Positions 1 to 8,239 are shown, counted from the first letter of the stretch. The stretch is 32,000 nt of DNA from Pyrodictium delaneyi (GCF_001412615.1 NZ_CP013011.1:690001-722000); one strand, 5' to 3'. Program-made: numbers and translations. The notes: a model not told the origin generated them from the sequence alone.

Positions 1-137
1 CGGAGAGCGAGGATGCTCCTCCGGTTCGAGCAGGGCCCCGCATGGGGGTGTACCGGGGTTCTACTGCGAGGAGGGGCATGGAGATGGGATTGCAGAGCAG
101 TAGAGGCTGATGACTAGCGGCCGGAGGTGAGCCTCCT

Positions 138-752
138 TTGCCCGGCGAGCGGTGGGCTAGGGAGAGGATGGGGCTAGCACTCAACGCGTATAACGAGTTT
201 ATGCTGGCCGTGGCCCGTTCCCTGAGGTTTGTGCGTGAGAAGCTGGGGCTGGAGGGGCTGCGCCCCCGCTTCGACGAGGGCAGCAGCGATAGGAGGGTCT
301 TCCTCATCGAGGTAGAGCTCCCGGCCTCAGCGCCCCTGGTGATAGCGGTCTACTCCACCACGGAGGAGGCTCGGCCGCTCACCTGGAGCAGGGTGGAGGC
401 GAAGCTCCGCCGGCTACGCCGCTACGCGGCCCAGCGGGCCCCGCCAGCCCGGGACACCTTCGTAGCCGTCGTGACGGCGTCGCCCCGGGCCCGGGCCACA
501 GGCCCCGCCCAGAAGAGGGCCAGGAGGAGCAAGGTGGCCCTAGGCACGGTAAAGGACGCCCTAAAGGCGCTACGGGGCTACCTGGTCAAGAGGCTCCGGG
601 GGCTAATCAAGAGCCTCAGGGAGAAGGAGGCCAAGGCCTACGGCGAGCTGGCAGAGCTGCTCCGCGTCCTCTACCTCCTAGCCTCCAGGCTAGGGCCAGT
701 CGGCATACCCCTCCACGAAGTCGAGGCCATGATTCGCGCCCGCCGCGCCTAG
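138..752 (+). CDS. hypothetical protein (204 aa), Ala/Arg-rich, no domain recognised
   Basis: Only sensible ORF here. TTG start lies 7 nt after GGAGGTGA (124-131); alternative ATG at 168. Confidence 0.55.
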   Translation: MPGERWARERMGLALNAYNEFMLAVARSLRFVREKLGLEGLRPRFDEGSSDRRVFLIEVELPASAPLVIAVYSTTEEARPLTWSRVEAKLRRLRRYAAQRAPPARDTFVAVVTASPRARATGPAQKRARRSKVALGTVKDALKALRGYLVKRLRGLIKSLREKEAKAYGELAELLRVLYLLASRLGPVGIPLHEVEAMIRARRA

Positions 753-1287
753 CCAGCCAAGGACCCCCTATGCGCATTTGGTTAAAAGGTAATACTACCT
801 TTTCCCTTAATCGCTAACCTCTCCTAATGGGTAATACGTGTAGAACAAGTTACCAGGCCCCAGGCTATAGCCTGTAGCCTGTCCCAGGGCAGACCGGTTC
901 TCCTCGAGCTATCCCCGGTAAACTGGTCCTAGAACAAAGGCGGCCGGAACTGTCCTGGGGCAAGGCCTGGGCCGGAAGTATTCCATGTTGTCAACGGGTG
1001 TGAGCTCTCCCCGGGATCCCCTATGCCCGGTGGAGTAGCTTCGGCCGGGTGCAGACACCGCCGCTTCTATGGCTGGGGCCTATCGCCTGACAGCCATGAC
1101 ATGGCAAGGCTTATCGCCTAACCACCGGGTAAGCCCACAGAGTAAGATTAGCTGCCAGGCTGACGTATTCTCCTCGAGCTCGCAGCTGTTAGCCCGTCTG
1201 CAGAGGAGAGGCATGTGGAGTTGCACGGGGCCGGGGCCTCTTCGCCTGAGCTCTCCCTAAACACGTGGTGGGAGTCAATCCGGGCCT

Positions 1288-1340
1288 AGAATACTACAAA
1301 GTATTCTTTCCATAGTAGTATACATGTTATTTATACTACT
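1288..1340. repeat. two adjacent AT-rich perfect hairpins/palindromes
   Basis: AGAATACT-ACAA-AGTATTCT (1288-1307) and AGTAGTATA-N9-TATACTACT (1314-1340), inside a 730-nt ORF-free gap between convergent genes. Confidence 0.7.
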
Positions 1341-1480
1341 GTGGTTTGCAGAGGGGGTTCTTTCACCGCTGGGTTCTTTGCCTGGTCTCTCTTTGTCGGT
1401 TGAGTGCTCTCAGTTTAGCATCCTTTGCTCTGTGGTGATTCGTGGCTGTGGCGGTTAGCCTGCTGCGCGAACGCTATTCG

Positions 1481-2221
1481 CTATTCACGGTTCGCCTCCG
1501 GCCATGGACATAGGTCTTTTGAGGGGTAGAGTATCTTTGCGAGGATTGTGGCGGTGTAGACCGGGCCTTGGGGTCTGCATTCTATCTCTGCTAGTCCTAG
1601 GTCTAGGAGTCTCTTCACCTTGTACACGACATGGTCTGAGGGCTCATTAACGGCGTCTGCGAGCTCCCTTAGCGTGCGGGGCTTCTCTATTATGAGCCTG
1701 ACTAGCCGGCTGTCTACTGCTAGTGTATTGAGCGGGTCCAGGAGCCTCGGCGGCGGTAGTATGGTGTAGACTTCCTTCTTCTTCCCCTTGCTCTCTATGT
1801 TGTATACGAGCACCTCTATTGAGGGTGGGTATATGCCTCCTATGTAGTCTATCGCGGCTGCTGTGTAGAAGAGCACTATTGTGAGCCATTCGTGGCTGAG
1901 CGGTAGTATTATCTTCACAGCGTGGATGTGCGTGTTTGGCTCGTCGAGTACGCGTAGATAGCATGCGGTCAGCTTCGCAATGTTGTCCTCTATGGGCTTT
2001 GTCATGTCAAGCATTACGTGTACTATGCGTGAGCTTGTTTTGCCTCCCAGGCTTCTTACTAGGTCAAGCTCTCGCTGCTCCACCGTGTACTTCTCTGTGA
2101 CCACTATGTTTACGTCGCGGAGACCGTGGCGCAGTACATCGTCGGGGCGCCCTATGGCGAGTATGGTTGTTATTTCGTCGTACACCATGTCCGTAGCACC
2201 GCTGGGCTCTATAGGGTGCAC
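1481..2221 (-). CDS. putative Csa3-like regulator (CARF-like N-terminal domain + C-terminal winged HTH)
   Basis: 246-aa ORF with clearly lower GC than its neighbours. N-terminus ILAIGRPDDVLRHGLRDVNIVV resembles the start of Csa3/CARF Rossmann-like domains. C-terminus RTLRELADAVNEPSDHVVYKVKRLLDLGLAE is a typical wHTH. Family call is from memory only. Confidence 0.55.
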   Translation of the reverse strand: MHPIEPSGATDMVYDEITTILAIGRPDDVLRHGLRDVNIVVTEKYTVEQRELDLVRSLGGKTSSRIVHVMLDMTKPIEDNIAKLTACYLRVLDEPNTHIHAVKIILPLSHEWLTIVLFYTAAAIDYIGGIYPPSIEVLVYNIESKGKKKEVYTILPPPRLLDPLNTLAVDSRLVRLIIEKPRTLRELADAVNEPSDHVVYKVKRLLDLGLAEIECRPQGPVYTATILAKILYPSKDLCPWPEANRE

Positions 2222-2250
2222 TGTGTGCCGCCTATATAGGCCTGGGGCCC

Positions 2251-2592
2251 GTGGTGGATTATGCTGGGCTGCTAGCTCGCATCCTGGGTGTCTTCGAGAG
2301 GCTGGGGTTCCGGGACCCGTACGAGGCGTGGCTCTGCGTAGAGCACCGCTGCCGTTGCCCTGGGGGCGTGGACCTCGGGCTAGCTAGGCGGGCGGTCTGG
2401 CTCTACGTGGAGGCTGTGGAGGTGTTTGAGGGCAGGGACGTGGTCGAGGAGTGGGAGGACCGCTACATGGAGGAGGCGGGTAGGCGGCTCCGCGGAGAGT
2501 GCGAGGAGCGGGTAGTAGTGCTCCCCTCATGGGTGCTGCTGGTCCCGGGCCTGGTTGTCCTCGCTGTCCTCCTAGCCCTTCTCGCGCTCTAG
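2251..2592 (+). CDS. hypothetical protein with C-terminal transmembrane anchor
   Basis: 113-aa ORF with GTG start. C-terminus VVVLPSWVLLVPGLVVLAVLLALLAL is hydrophobic. Confidence 0.5.
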   Translation: MVDYAGLLARILGVFERLGFRDPYEAWLCVEHRCRCPGGVDLGLARRAVWLYVEAVEVFEGRDVVEEWEDRYMEEAGRRLRGECEERVVVLPSWVLLVPGLVVLAVLLALLAL

Positions 2593-2627
2593 GCTATGGG
2601 CTTGTAGGCTGGTTCGCCCGCGCCGGG

Positions 2628-2655
2628 TTTAAATAGCTGTGTAGCGTAAGCTACA
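2628..2655 (+). promoter_or_regulatory. TATA box (TTTAAATA, 2628-2635) plus 16-bp palindromic operator TGTAGCGTAAGCTACA (2640-2655)
   Basis: The motif ends exactly 17 nt before the GTG start at 2672. The same motif with the same 17-nt spacing occurs before the gene at 3311. Confidence 0.65.
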
Positions 2656-2671
2656 TGGTGGGTGTGGGGCT

Positions 2672-2998
2672 GTGGAGCGGGAGGAGCTGGTGCTCCGCAG
2701 GATAGAGTACCTGGAGAGGCTGGCTGAGAAGCTGGAGAGGCTCGCCGCGGTGCTCTTCGCCGCCGCGGTGGCCTCCCCGGTGCTGGAGAAGCTGACGGGG
2801 CTCCGCCTAGCCGCTGCGGTGGCGATGGTGGCGGTGGCGCTCGCCGTGCTCCTGGCTAGCGTTTATACGCTACGGATGGAGTCTGAGAGGCTCTGGGGGA
2901 AGCTGTTGGGCCGGGACCCGCGGCTGCTAGCGTTCCCGTGGGGCGTGCTAGCGCTGCTGATAGCGACCATAGGGCTGCTCCTAGCCCTCGCCCACTAG
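2672..2998 (+). CDS. small membrane protein (about 3 TM)
   Basis: 108-aa ORF. A coiled N-terminus is followed by hydrophobic stretches AAVLFAAAVASPVL, AAAVAMVAVALAVLLASVY and WGVLALLIATIGLLLAL. Confidence 0.6.
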   Translation: MEREELVLRRIEYLERLAEKLERLAAVLFAAAVASPVLEKLTGLRLAAAVAMVAVALAVLLASVYTLRMESERLWGKLLGRDPRLLAFPWGVLALLIATIGLLLALAH

Positions 2999-3201
2999 CT
3001 TTCTTCTCCCCGGCTGCGGGGTATGGGCTCCAGGGTTATCCTCCCGGTCTCCTCGTCGACTAGGACCCGGTAGGCCTCGACCCGCTCTGCGATGCGCTCC
3101 GGGATGTCTATCTTCACGTAGTATGAGGGGTACCGCCGCCCCCTCACGGTCTTGGTTGTCCGCACTACCCTGGCCAGGCGCTCCCTCCTCTCCCCCGGCA
3201 A
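2995..3201 (-). CDS. small AbrB/SpoVT-like DNA-binding protein (putative)
   Basis: 68-aa ORF with TTG start. YYVKIDIPERIAERV...RVLVDEETGRITLEP resembles a swapped-hairpin AbrB-type fold. It is divergent from the gene at 3311, with operator motifs in between. Confidence 0.55.
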   Translation of the reverse strand: MPGERRERLARVVRTTKTVRGRRYPSYYVKIDIPERIAERVEAYRVLVDEETGRITLEPIPRSRGEES

Positions 3202-3242
3202 GCCTCCCCTCCCCCATCCTCTCGCAGCCCATGCGAGATATT

Positions 3243-3294
3243 TGTAGCGTACGCCACAAGCCTTTTATACCCCCGCCCTGTAGCGTAAGCTACA
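3243..3294. promoter_or_regulatory. divergent promoter with two copies of the 16-bp operator
   Basis: Degenerate copy TGTAGCGTACGCCACA (3243-3258), TATA TTTTATA (3263-3269), perfect copy TGTAGCGTAAGCTACA (3279-3294). Confidence 0.65.
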
Positions 3295-3310
3295 CAGGGG
3301 GCTGAGAGCC

Positions 3311-3514
3311 GTGAAGGCCCCCGAGACCCTCCGGGAGCTAGTAGCCCGGTTCACCGGGCTAGGCTTCAGGGTGGTTTTCATGGACCGGGCGCCCATGGAT
3401 GCTGTGCTGTACGGGGCTGGCTGGGGCGTCTACGTATTCGAGAAGGAGGGGTGGCTGTGGCAGCTAGTACCCAGCCCCTCCAAGAAGCTAGCAGTAGTCT
3501 CCAGGCTAGGGTGA
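3311..3514 (+). CDS. hypothetical protein (67 aa)
   Basis: GTG start 17 nt after the operator motif. Its stop overlaps the next start (GTGA at 3511-3514). Confidence 0.55.
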   Translation: MKAPETLRELVARFTGLGFRVVFMDRAPMDAVLYGAGWGVYVFEKEGWLWQLVPSPSKKLAVVSRLG

Positions 3515-3819
3515 GACCCGTGGCAGTAGCCGCGGCCTATGTTGTTAGGCTCTACAGGGTAGTGTCAGAGGACCCGTGGCGCGTCGAGCCGGAGCAAGAG
3601 CAGCGTTTCAGCGACTGGGAGGAGGCCAGGGAGGCCTTCATAGAGAGGCTAGAGGAGCTGGAGGCCAGCGGCTTCCGCTGCAGCGACTACGCTAGCGCAT
3701 GGCACCAGATGTGCAGCAGGGTGACGGGCACCCGGAGGGTCTTCCTCGAGGAGCTCGGCGACGCCGTGGAGCTGGTAGAGACCGAGAAGCTCTTCCTGGC
3801 GCTCGAGCCCACAGGCTAG
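3511..3819 (+). CDS. hypothetical acidic protein (102 aa)
   Basis: GTG at 3511 overlaps the upstream TGA. The sequence VRLYRVVSEDPWRVEPEQEQRFSDWEEAREAFIERLEELE looks like genuine protein. The longest ORF starts at 3451. Confidence 0.6.
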   Translation: MRPVAVAAAYVVRLYRVVSEDPWRVEPEQEQRFSDWEEAREAFIERLEELEASGFRCSDYASAWHQMCSRVTGTRRVFLEELGDAVELVETEKLFLALEPTG

Positions 3820-3935
3820 CCCATGCTCCGCAGCACTTATCCCAAAGTGGATATAGCCTAGAATTGGAGCCCCGGGCTGCCGCCCCCGCCCTCTTGCCGC
3901 CGCCCCCTGCCGCCCTCCTTCGCACCCCTCCCCTC

Positions 3936-4157
3936 CTACTTCTCCCGTTCTAGCCTGGCGCTAGGCTGAGTTCTATTGTCTCCATGTGTGTCTTCTTCGC
4001 CTCGTACGGGTTCTATCTTGACCTCTAGTAGTCTCCATAGCTGGATGTGTATCCTGGCGTCGCGTCTCAGTAGTGCCAGGATTGTGGCTGTGGCTAGGGC
4101 TGCGAGGGCTAGAGCTGCAGGGGCTAGGGCGTAGAGGGGGTCCAGGCTATCACCCAC
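3936..4157 (-). CDS. small single-TM protein (73 aa)
   Basis: GTG start. Hydrophobic segment LYALAPAALALAALATATILALL. Divergent from the traG-like gene. Confidence 0.4.
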   Translation of the reverse strand: MGDSLDPLYALAPAALALAALATATILALLRRDARIHIQLWRLLEVKIEPVRGEEDTHGDNRTQPSARLEREK

Positions 4158-4175
4158 TATTTAAGGCACGGCTAC

Positions 4176-4253
4176 TATAAAAACGTGCAAATTCTTGCAA
4201 TTCTGTTTCTCCCGGCCCCGGGGCTATCTGGTGGAGGGCTTGTAGCCCCGGGG
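4176..4253 (+). promoter_or_regulatory. promoter/leader of the TraG-like gene: TATAAAAA box and 11-bp perfect inverted repeat
   Basis: TATAAAAA lies at 4176-4183. CCCCGGGGCTA (4216-4226) and TAGCCCCGGGG (4243-4253) are separated by 16 nt and end 12 nt before the GTG at 4265. Confidence 0.55.
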
Positions 4254-4264
4254 GTGCATGGGCT

Positions 4265-7200
4265 GTGCCTCTCAGGTGGTTCCGCGTCAGGCCCCTCCTG
4301 GGCTCCAGGGAGCGGGTTCTGCCGGTCCTCGGCCTCGGCTTCGTGCTGGAGTATCACAGGAGCGAGGACCGGCTCGAGATATACTACCTGTCCGAGGCGT
4401 CTCGGGTCAGCTTCAACAGGGTGGCCGCCGCCGAGGAGAAGGCTCCGCCCGAGCTGCCTCCGTACGGCTACGAGGTTAGAATACGCGGCAAGGAGTGGTG
4501 GCTCCCCGTAGAGGTCCGGGACTGGCACGGGCTCCTAGAGGCTATGGGGCCGGGGACCGTTGTCCAGGTCGTGGCCCTCCGCGACTACAAGCTGAAGGAG
4601 AAGCTCTTGAAGAAGGCTGAGAGCCTAAAGGAGGGGAGAGAGTACACGGCTGGCCGTGTCCTAGCGAGCGTGCTTCTCGGGGAGTCCGTGTTCAATGTTA
4701 AGCGGGACGAGCAGCTGGCGCAGGAGCTCCGCCGCCGGGCGCAGAGCGTCTGGCAGCTGGCCTTCCGCGTCTACGCCGGAAGCGAGGAGAAGGCCCGGGA
4801 GCTGGCCGAGCAGCTCATAGCCCGATTGCTCGTGGATGATGAGAAGCACTGGCGGCTGGAACGCATCAAGGTCAAGAAGAGCAAGGACATGGCTAGGCTG
4901 AGGGACCCGCTGCGGCTGAAGAAGGGCGACACCTCGCGGCCCTGGCTCCCCGAGGACCGGCTCAAGGCGGTACTAGAGCTGCCTGAGCCCTCTAGCCCGC
5001 TCCCCGTGGACTTCGCCCACCGGGCTGGGCTTCCCTCGATAGCGCCGCGGCGCAGCGAGATAAGGATAGGGGTGCTCCATGACGGCCGGGAGGTCCGTAT
5101 CGACGTAGACGACCTGTACCGGCACGCCTACGTCATAGGCAGTACTGGTGCGGGGAAGTCCACGTTCCTCCTCAACCTTGTTTTGCGGCTATGGGAGACC
5201 GGGCGCGGCGCCGTATTCGTTATCGATCCTCATGGCGACCTTGTGCGGGATATACTGGAGCGTGTCCCCAGCCTCGAGCGGGTATACTACCTGGATGCGC
5301 GGCGCCGCGACTTCGCCGTAAACCCGCTCGTGCCGCCGCCTATACCCGATAGGGAGCTCGCTAGGGCTGTGGCTGTCGACAACACCGTGAAGGTGATGGA
5401 GAAGGTGCTGCGGCTCCCGGAGACCGCTGTAAACGTGAAGTTCATCGTCCGTACGCTGCTGCAGGTTCTCTATGCCCGCGGCGGGGTGCCGACCTTCGAG
5501 CAGCTCTTCGAGGCTGTGCTAGCCCTCTACGGGGGCGAGCTGGAGCTAGACCTGGGGGACGAGAGGCTCGACCGTGTCTGGAGGGCGCAGGTGGAGCTTC
5601 TCCGGAACATCCAGGAGCAGAGCTTCCTCTCAACCCTAGTGAGGCTCCAGCCCTTCGCTACGCATCCCTTGCTCCGTGACCTTACCAGCGAGGATACGTT
5701 GCCGGTGGAGAGGCTGGTCGAGGAGCGCGCCCTGGTACTGTTCAATGTGCCCAAGGACCTGGGTGAGGAGTTCTCGGAGCTGCTCACCAGCCTCATTGTT
5801 ATGAAGCTGTGGTTCTTCGCCGCCGCCCGCCGCGAGGCGCGGGAGAGGGGCATGGATGTGCCTATGGTCCCTGTGTTCCTTGTTGTCGACGAGTTTCAGA
5901 ACCTGTCGGGCCTCCCGGTGCTGGAGACCATGTTGTCGGAGGCGAGGAAGTATGGCTTACACGTCATTGCTGCGCATCAGCATACCCGGCAGCTTCCGGA
6001 GGAGCTGCTGCGGAGCCTGTTCAGCAACACAGCGTTGAAGGTTGTGTTTAGCGTCGAGGGCCCGGACGTGGACCGGCTGAAGAGCATTGACCCGAGGTTC
6101 GCGGAGGCGCTGGAGGAGCTGCTGCCCTCGCTGGCTACTGGCATGGCTGTTGTGCGTATACGCGGGGGCCCTGGCGAGGAGCGGTATCCGCCTATCCTCG
6201 TCCGGACCGACCCGGCGCCTCCCAAGAGGAGGGAGCTCGAGGAGGCCCGTGGCCGGCTCCCCCGGTTCCCGCCGCGGGGCGCTGTGAGCCGGCCGGTGGA
6301 GGAGCTGCTCAACCCCGTGCTCCGCTACCTGCCGAGGGAGCGGCTCAGCCCCGTCGAGCAGCTGGTGCTCTACCATGTCTACGTGTTGTCGAGGGGGTCT
6401 AGCGACGGCTGGGCCCAGTGGAGCGATGTGCGGATGCGGCTGGGGCTGCCGCCTAAGCGCGCCGAGGCTGCCCGGGACCAGCTGGCTGCCCGGGGCCTCG
6501 TGGAGGTGCGGCGGGAGGGGAACAGGCTGCTGCTCCGCTACCGTGGCGGCCTCTTCGCCGGCCTCCGCCAGGTGGCTCCCAGCGACGAGGGCTGGAGGCT
6601 CGCGGTCGCGGCGGTGCTCTACTACCTGGAGCACGGCTACTATGTGGCCCCGGCGCGGCAGGACCCGGGGCTGAGCGCTAAGCCGGACCTGGTCGCCATA
6701 CCCTTCGACAAGGCCGGCCTGGCGCTGAGGTACAGCCAGGCCGTCGCCGTGGAAGTCGAAACTTGTAACGAATTGTCGACGCACCCCGAGCAGGTGGCGC
6801 GTAACATCGAGAAGCATGGTTCTACGCCGTTCGTTGAGGTCCACCTGTGGTTCCCCAAGAAGTGCCTGGCCGATATGCAGCGGCCCTTCGGCGCCGCCCG
6901 GAAGCCTAAGCCGGTGAAGCTGTTCCCGGTCTCGTTCACTGGCCGCCGCGCCGTGCTGCTGGAGGCGGCGCTCGAGGAGATCAGCGGCGGTGGCGGCGCC
7001 GCTTCGCCGGCCGCCCCGGGTGCCGGCGTGGAGGCTGTCGAGGGCGCAGAGGCCGGTGATGTGGGGGAGGTCCTCGGGGAGGCTCCGGGTGGCGAAGAGG
7101 CTGGGCCCGTCGAGGAGGCTGGGGAGGGATCTCCGGGGCTGCATGGAGGGCCGGCGGGGAGCCTCAAGGAGCCCGTGGAGGATCATGCAGGGGCCGGGGA

Positions 7201-7915
7201 GGCTGGTGCCGGCGTCGAGGGGGAGCACGAGGAGCCCCAGCGGGGGCAGCCCAGCGTGGAGGATCTCCGGGGGCTGCTCGAGGCCCAGGCTAGGATGTTG
7301 GCGGCGCTCGGGGAGACGGTTCGGGGGCTCGCTGAGGCGCAGGCGCGGCAGACCGAGACGCTCCAGAAGCTGGCGGAGAACATGGACCGGGTAACGCAGC
7401 TCCTAGCGGGCCTCATGGAGAGGCTCGACCGGCTAGAGGCGGCAGCCCAGCAGCATGGAGCCACGCCGGAGACACGGGGGTCAGCGGCACAGCCCCACGG
7501 GCCCAGGCCAGCCAGGGAGGAGAGAGGCGCAACCCAGCCCAGAGAGACGCCGGAAACCCCGAGAGGAGAGGCACAGGAAACACCGCCGGAGCCCCAGGGC
7601 CTCGAATACGACCCCGAGCAGGACTGCTACTGGATCACGCTAGACCAGCCCCCAGGCCACAGAGTATGCCTACCCGGCGACAAAGCCCGCGAAGCACAGG
7701 AGTTCCGCAGACGCGGCTACAGGCTAGTAGCCAGAGGAAACTGGCTCTACGCCAGACGCACCGGATACACACGACCACTAACACAGCTACCCCAGAACCA
7801 GCAACCCAGCCCAACCCCAGAAACCAGACACACAGGCCAACCCACAGCCCAGACACACCCCTATAGAGTGAAACCGGGCGCCGCGCGCGGCGGCGACGAT
7901 CCACCCCCGGCCTAG
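4265..7915 (+). CDS. TraG/VirD4-like conjugative coupling ATPase (FtsK/HerA superfamily) with long C-terminal extension
   Basis: 1216-aa ORF. Walker A GSTGAGKST (5138-5164) is followed by VFVIDPHGD. Walker B VFLVVDEFQ lies at 5873-5899, then AAHQHTRQL. Downstream are a wHTH-like segment, a PDLVAI...VAVEVET nuclease-like motif (about 6680-6775), a Gly/Ala/Glu-rich tract, a coiled coil and a Pro/Thr/Gln-rich tail. Confidence 0.9.
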   Translation: MPLRWFRVRPLLGSRERVLPVLGLGFVLEYHRSEDRLEIYYLSEASRVSFNRVAAAEEKAPPELPPYGYEVRIRGKEWWLPVEVRDWHGLLEAMGPGTVVQVVALRDYKLKEKLLKKAESLKEGREYTAGRVLASVLLGESVFNVKRDEQLAQELRRRAQSVWQLAFRVYAGSEEKARELAEQLIARLLVDDEKHWRLERIKVKKSKDMARLRDPLRLKKGDTSRPWLPEDRLKAVLELPEPSSPLPVDFAHRAGLPSIAPRRSEIRIGVLHDGREVRIDVDDLYRHAYVIGSTGAGKSTFLLNLVLRLWETGRGAVFVIDPHGDLVRDILERVPSLERVYYLDARRRDFAVNPLVPPPIPDRELARAVAVDNTVKVMEKVLRLPETAVNVKFIVRTLLQVLYARGGVPTFEQLFEAVLALYGGELELDLGDERLDRVWRAQVELLRNIQEQSFLSTLVRLQPFATHPLLRDLTSEDTLPVERLVEERALVLFNVPKDLGEEFSELLTSLIVMKLWFFAAARREARERGMDVPMVPVFLVVDEFQNLSGLPVLETMLSEARKYGLHVIAAHQHTRQLPEELLRSLFSNTALKVVFSVEGPDVDRLKSIDPRFAEALEELLPSLATGMAVVRIRGGPGEERYPPILVRTDPAPPKRRELEEARGRLPRFPPRGAVSRPVEELLNPVLRYLPRERLSPVEQLVLYHVYVLSRGSSDGWAQWSDVRMRLGLPPKRAEAARDQLAARGLVEVRREGNRLLLRYRGGLFAGLRQVAPSDEGWRLAVAAVLYYLEHGYYVAPARQDPGLSAKPDLVAIPFDKAGLALRYSQAVAVEVETCNELSTHPEQVARNIEKHGSTPFVEVHLWFPKKCLADMQRPFGAARKPKPVKLFPVSFTGRRAVLLEAALEEISGGGGAASPAAPGAGVEAVEGAEAGDVGEVLGEAPGGEEAGPVEEAGEGSPGLHGGPAGSLKEPVEDHAGAGEAGAGVEGEHEEPQRGQPSVEDLRGLLEAQARMLAALGETVRGLAEAQARQTETLQKLAENMDRVTQLLAGLMERLDRLEAAAQQHGATPETRGSAAQPHGPRPAREERGATQPRETPETPRGEAQETPPEPQGLEYDPEQDCYWITLDQPPGHRVCLPGDKAREAQEFRRRGYRLVARGNWLYARRTGYTRPLTQLPQNQQPSPTPETRHTGQPTAQTHPYRVKPGAARGGDDPPPA

Positions 7916-7999
7916 AAGCTCGTCGGCGAGCCTCCACCCTGAGCATGGACCGCTGTTTCCCACGCTCTACCCGGCTTCTAGGCCCCGCATGGACCGCTG
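7909..7999. repeat. inverted repeat plus direct repeat just after the TraG-like stop codon
   Basis: GGCCTAGAAGC (7909-7919) pairs with GCTTCTAGGCC (7974-7984). The direct repeat GCATGGACCGCTG occurs at 7943-7955 and 7987-7999. Confidence 0.6.
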
Positions 8000-8239
8000 C
8001 CCCCACATGACTATGCTTTTTCTCACTGCCCGGCGCCCAGGACATACACGCCACCGGGTATGCTTCGGACCGTAACCGGCCCGTGGGAGGCGTAGAGGAG
8101 ACGCGTAGACAGCCGTCACCCGCATAGAGGCCTCACGGAGAAGCACAACACTGGTGTAGAGAAGCCGAGGAGAAGGCATGGAGGAGTACATGGGGGAGAA
8201 AACACGGGGCCATAGCTACGGCGCGTAGGCCCTACGGCC

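Noticed and set aside
21-40. GGTTCGAGCAGGGCC, a T-arm-like string at the window start, and TAGCTCAGT at about 31527
   Set aside because: Neither can be extended into a cloverleaf, as there is no acceptor or anticodon stem complementarity. No tRNA is called.
1-117. Open frames running in from the left edge
   Set aside because: All three plus frames stay open for about 100 nt, with no distinguishing composition. That is too short to call a partial CDS.
1103-1118. GGCAAGGCTTATCGCC resembles the RNase P RNA CR-V motif (GGCUUAUCG), with GGTAAACTGG and GCAAGGCC nearby (917-966)
   Set aside because: I could not find the universally conserved CR-I GAAAGUCC element or a consistent P4 pairing on either strand. 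The similarity is short and from memory. The region is kept only as an unassigned possible ncRNA region.
1069-1260. 63-aa ORF in the ORF-free gap
   Set aside because: It has no start context and an odd Ser/Cys/Gln-rich composition, and it sits in a region with RNA-like complementarity.
5957-7228. 423-aa ORF on the minus strand
   Set aside because: It is fully antisense to the TraG-like gene. It is Arg/Pro/Leu/Gly-rich with no motifs, a typical shadow ORF in high-GC coding DNA.
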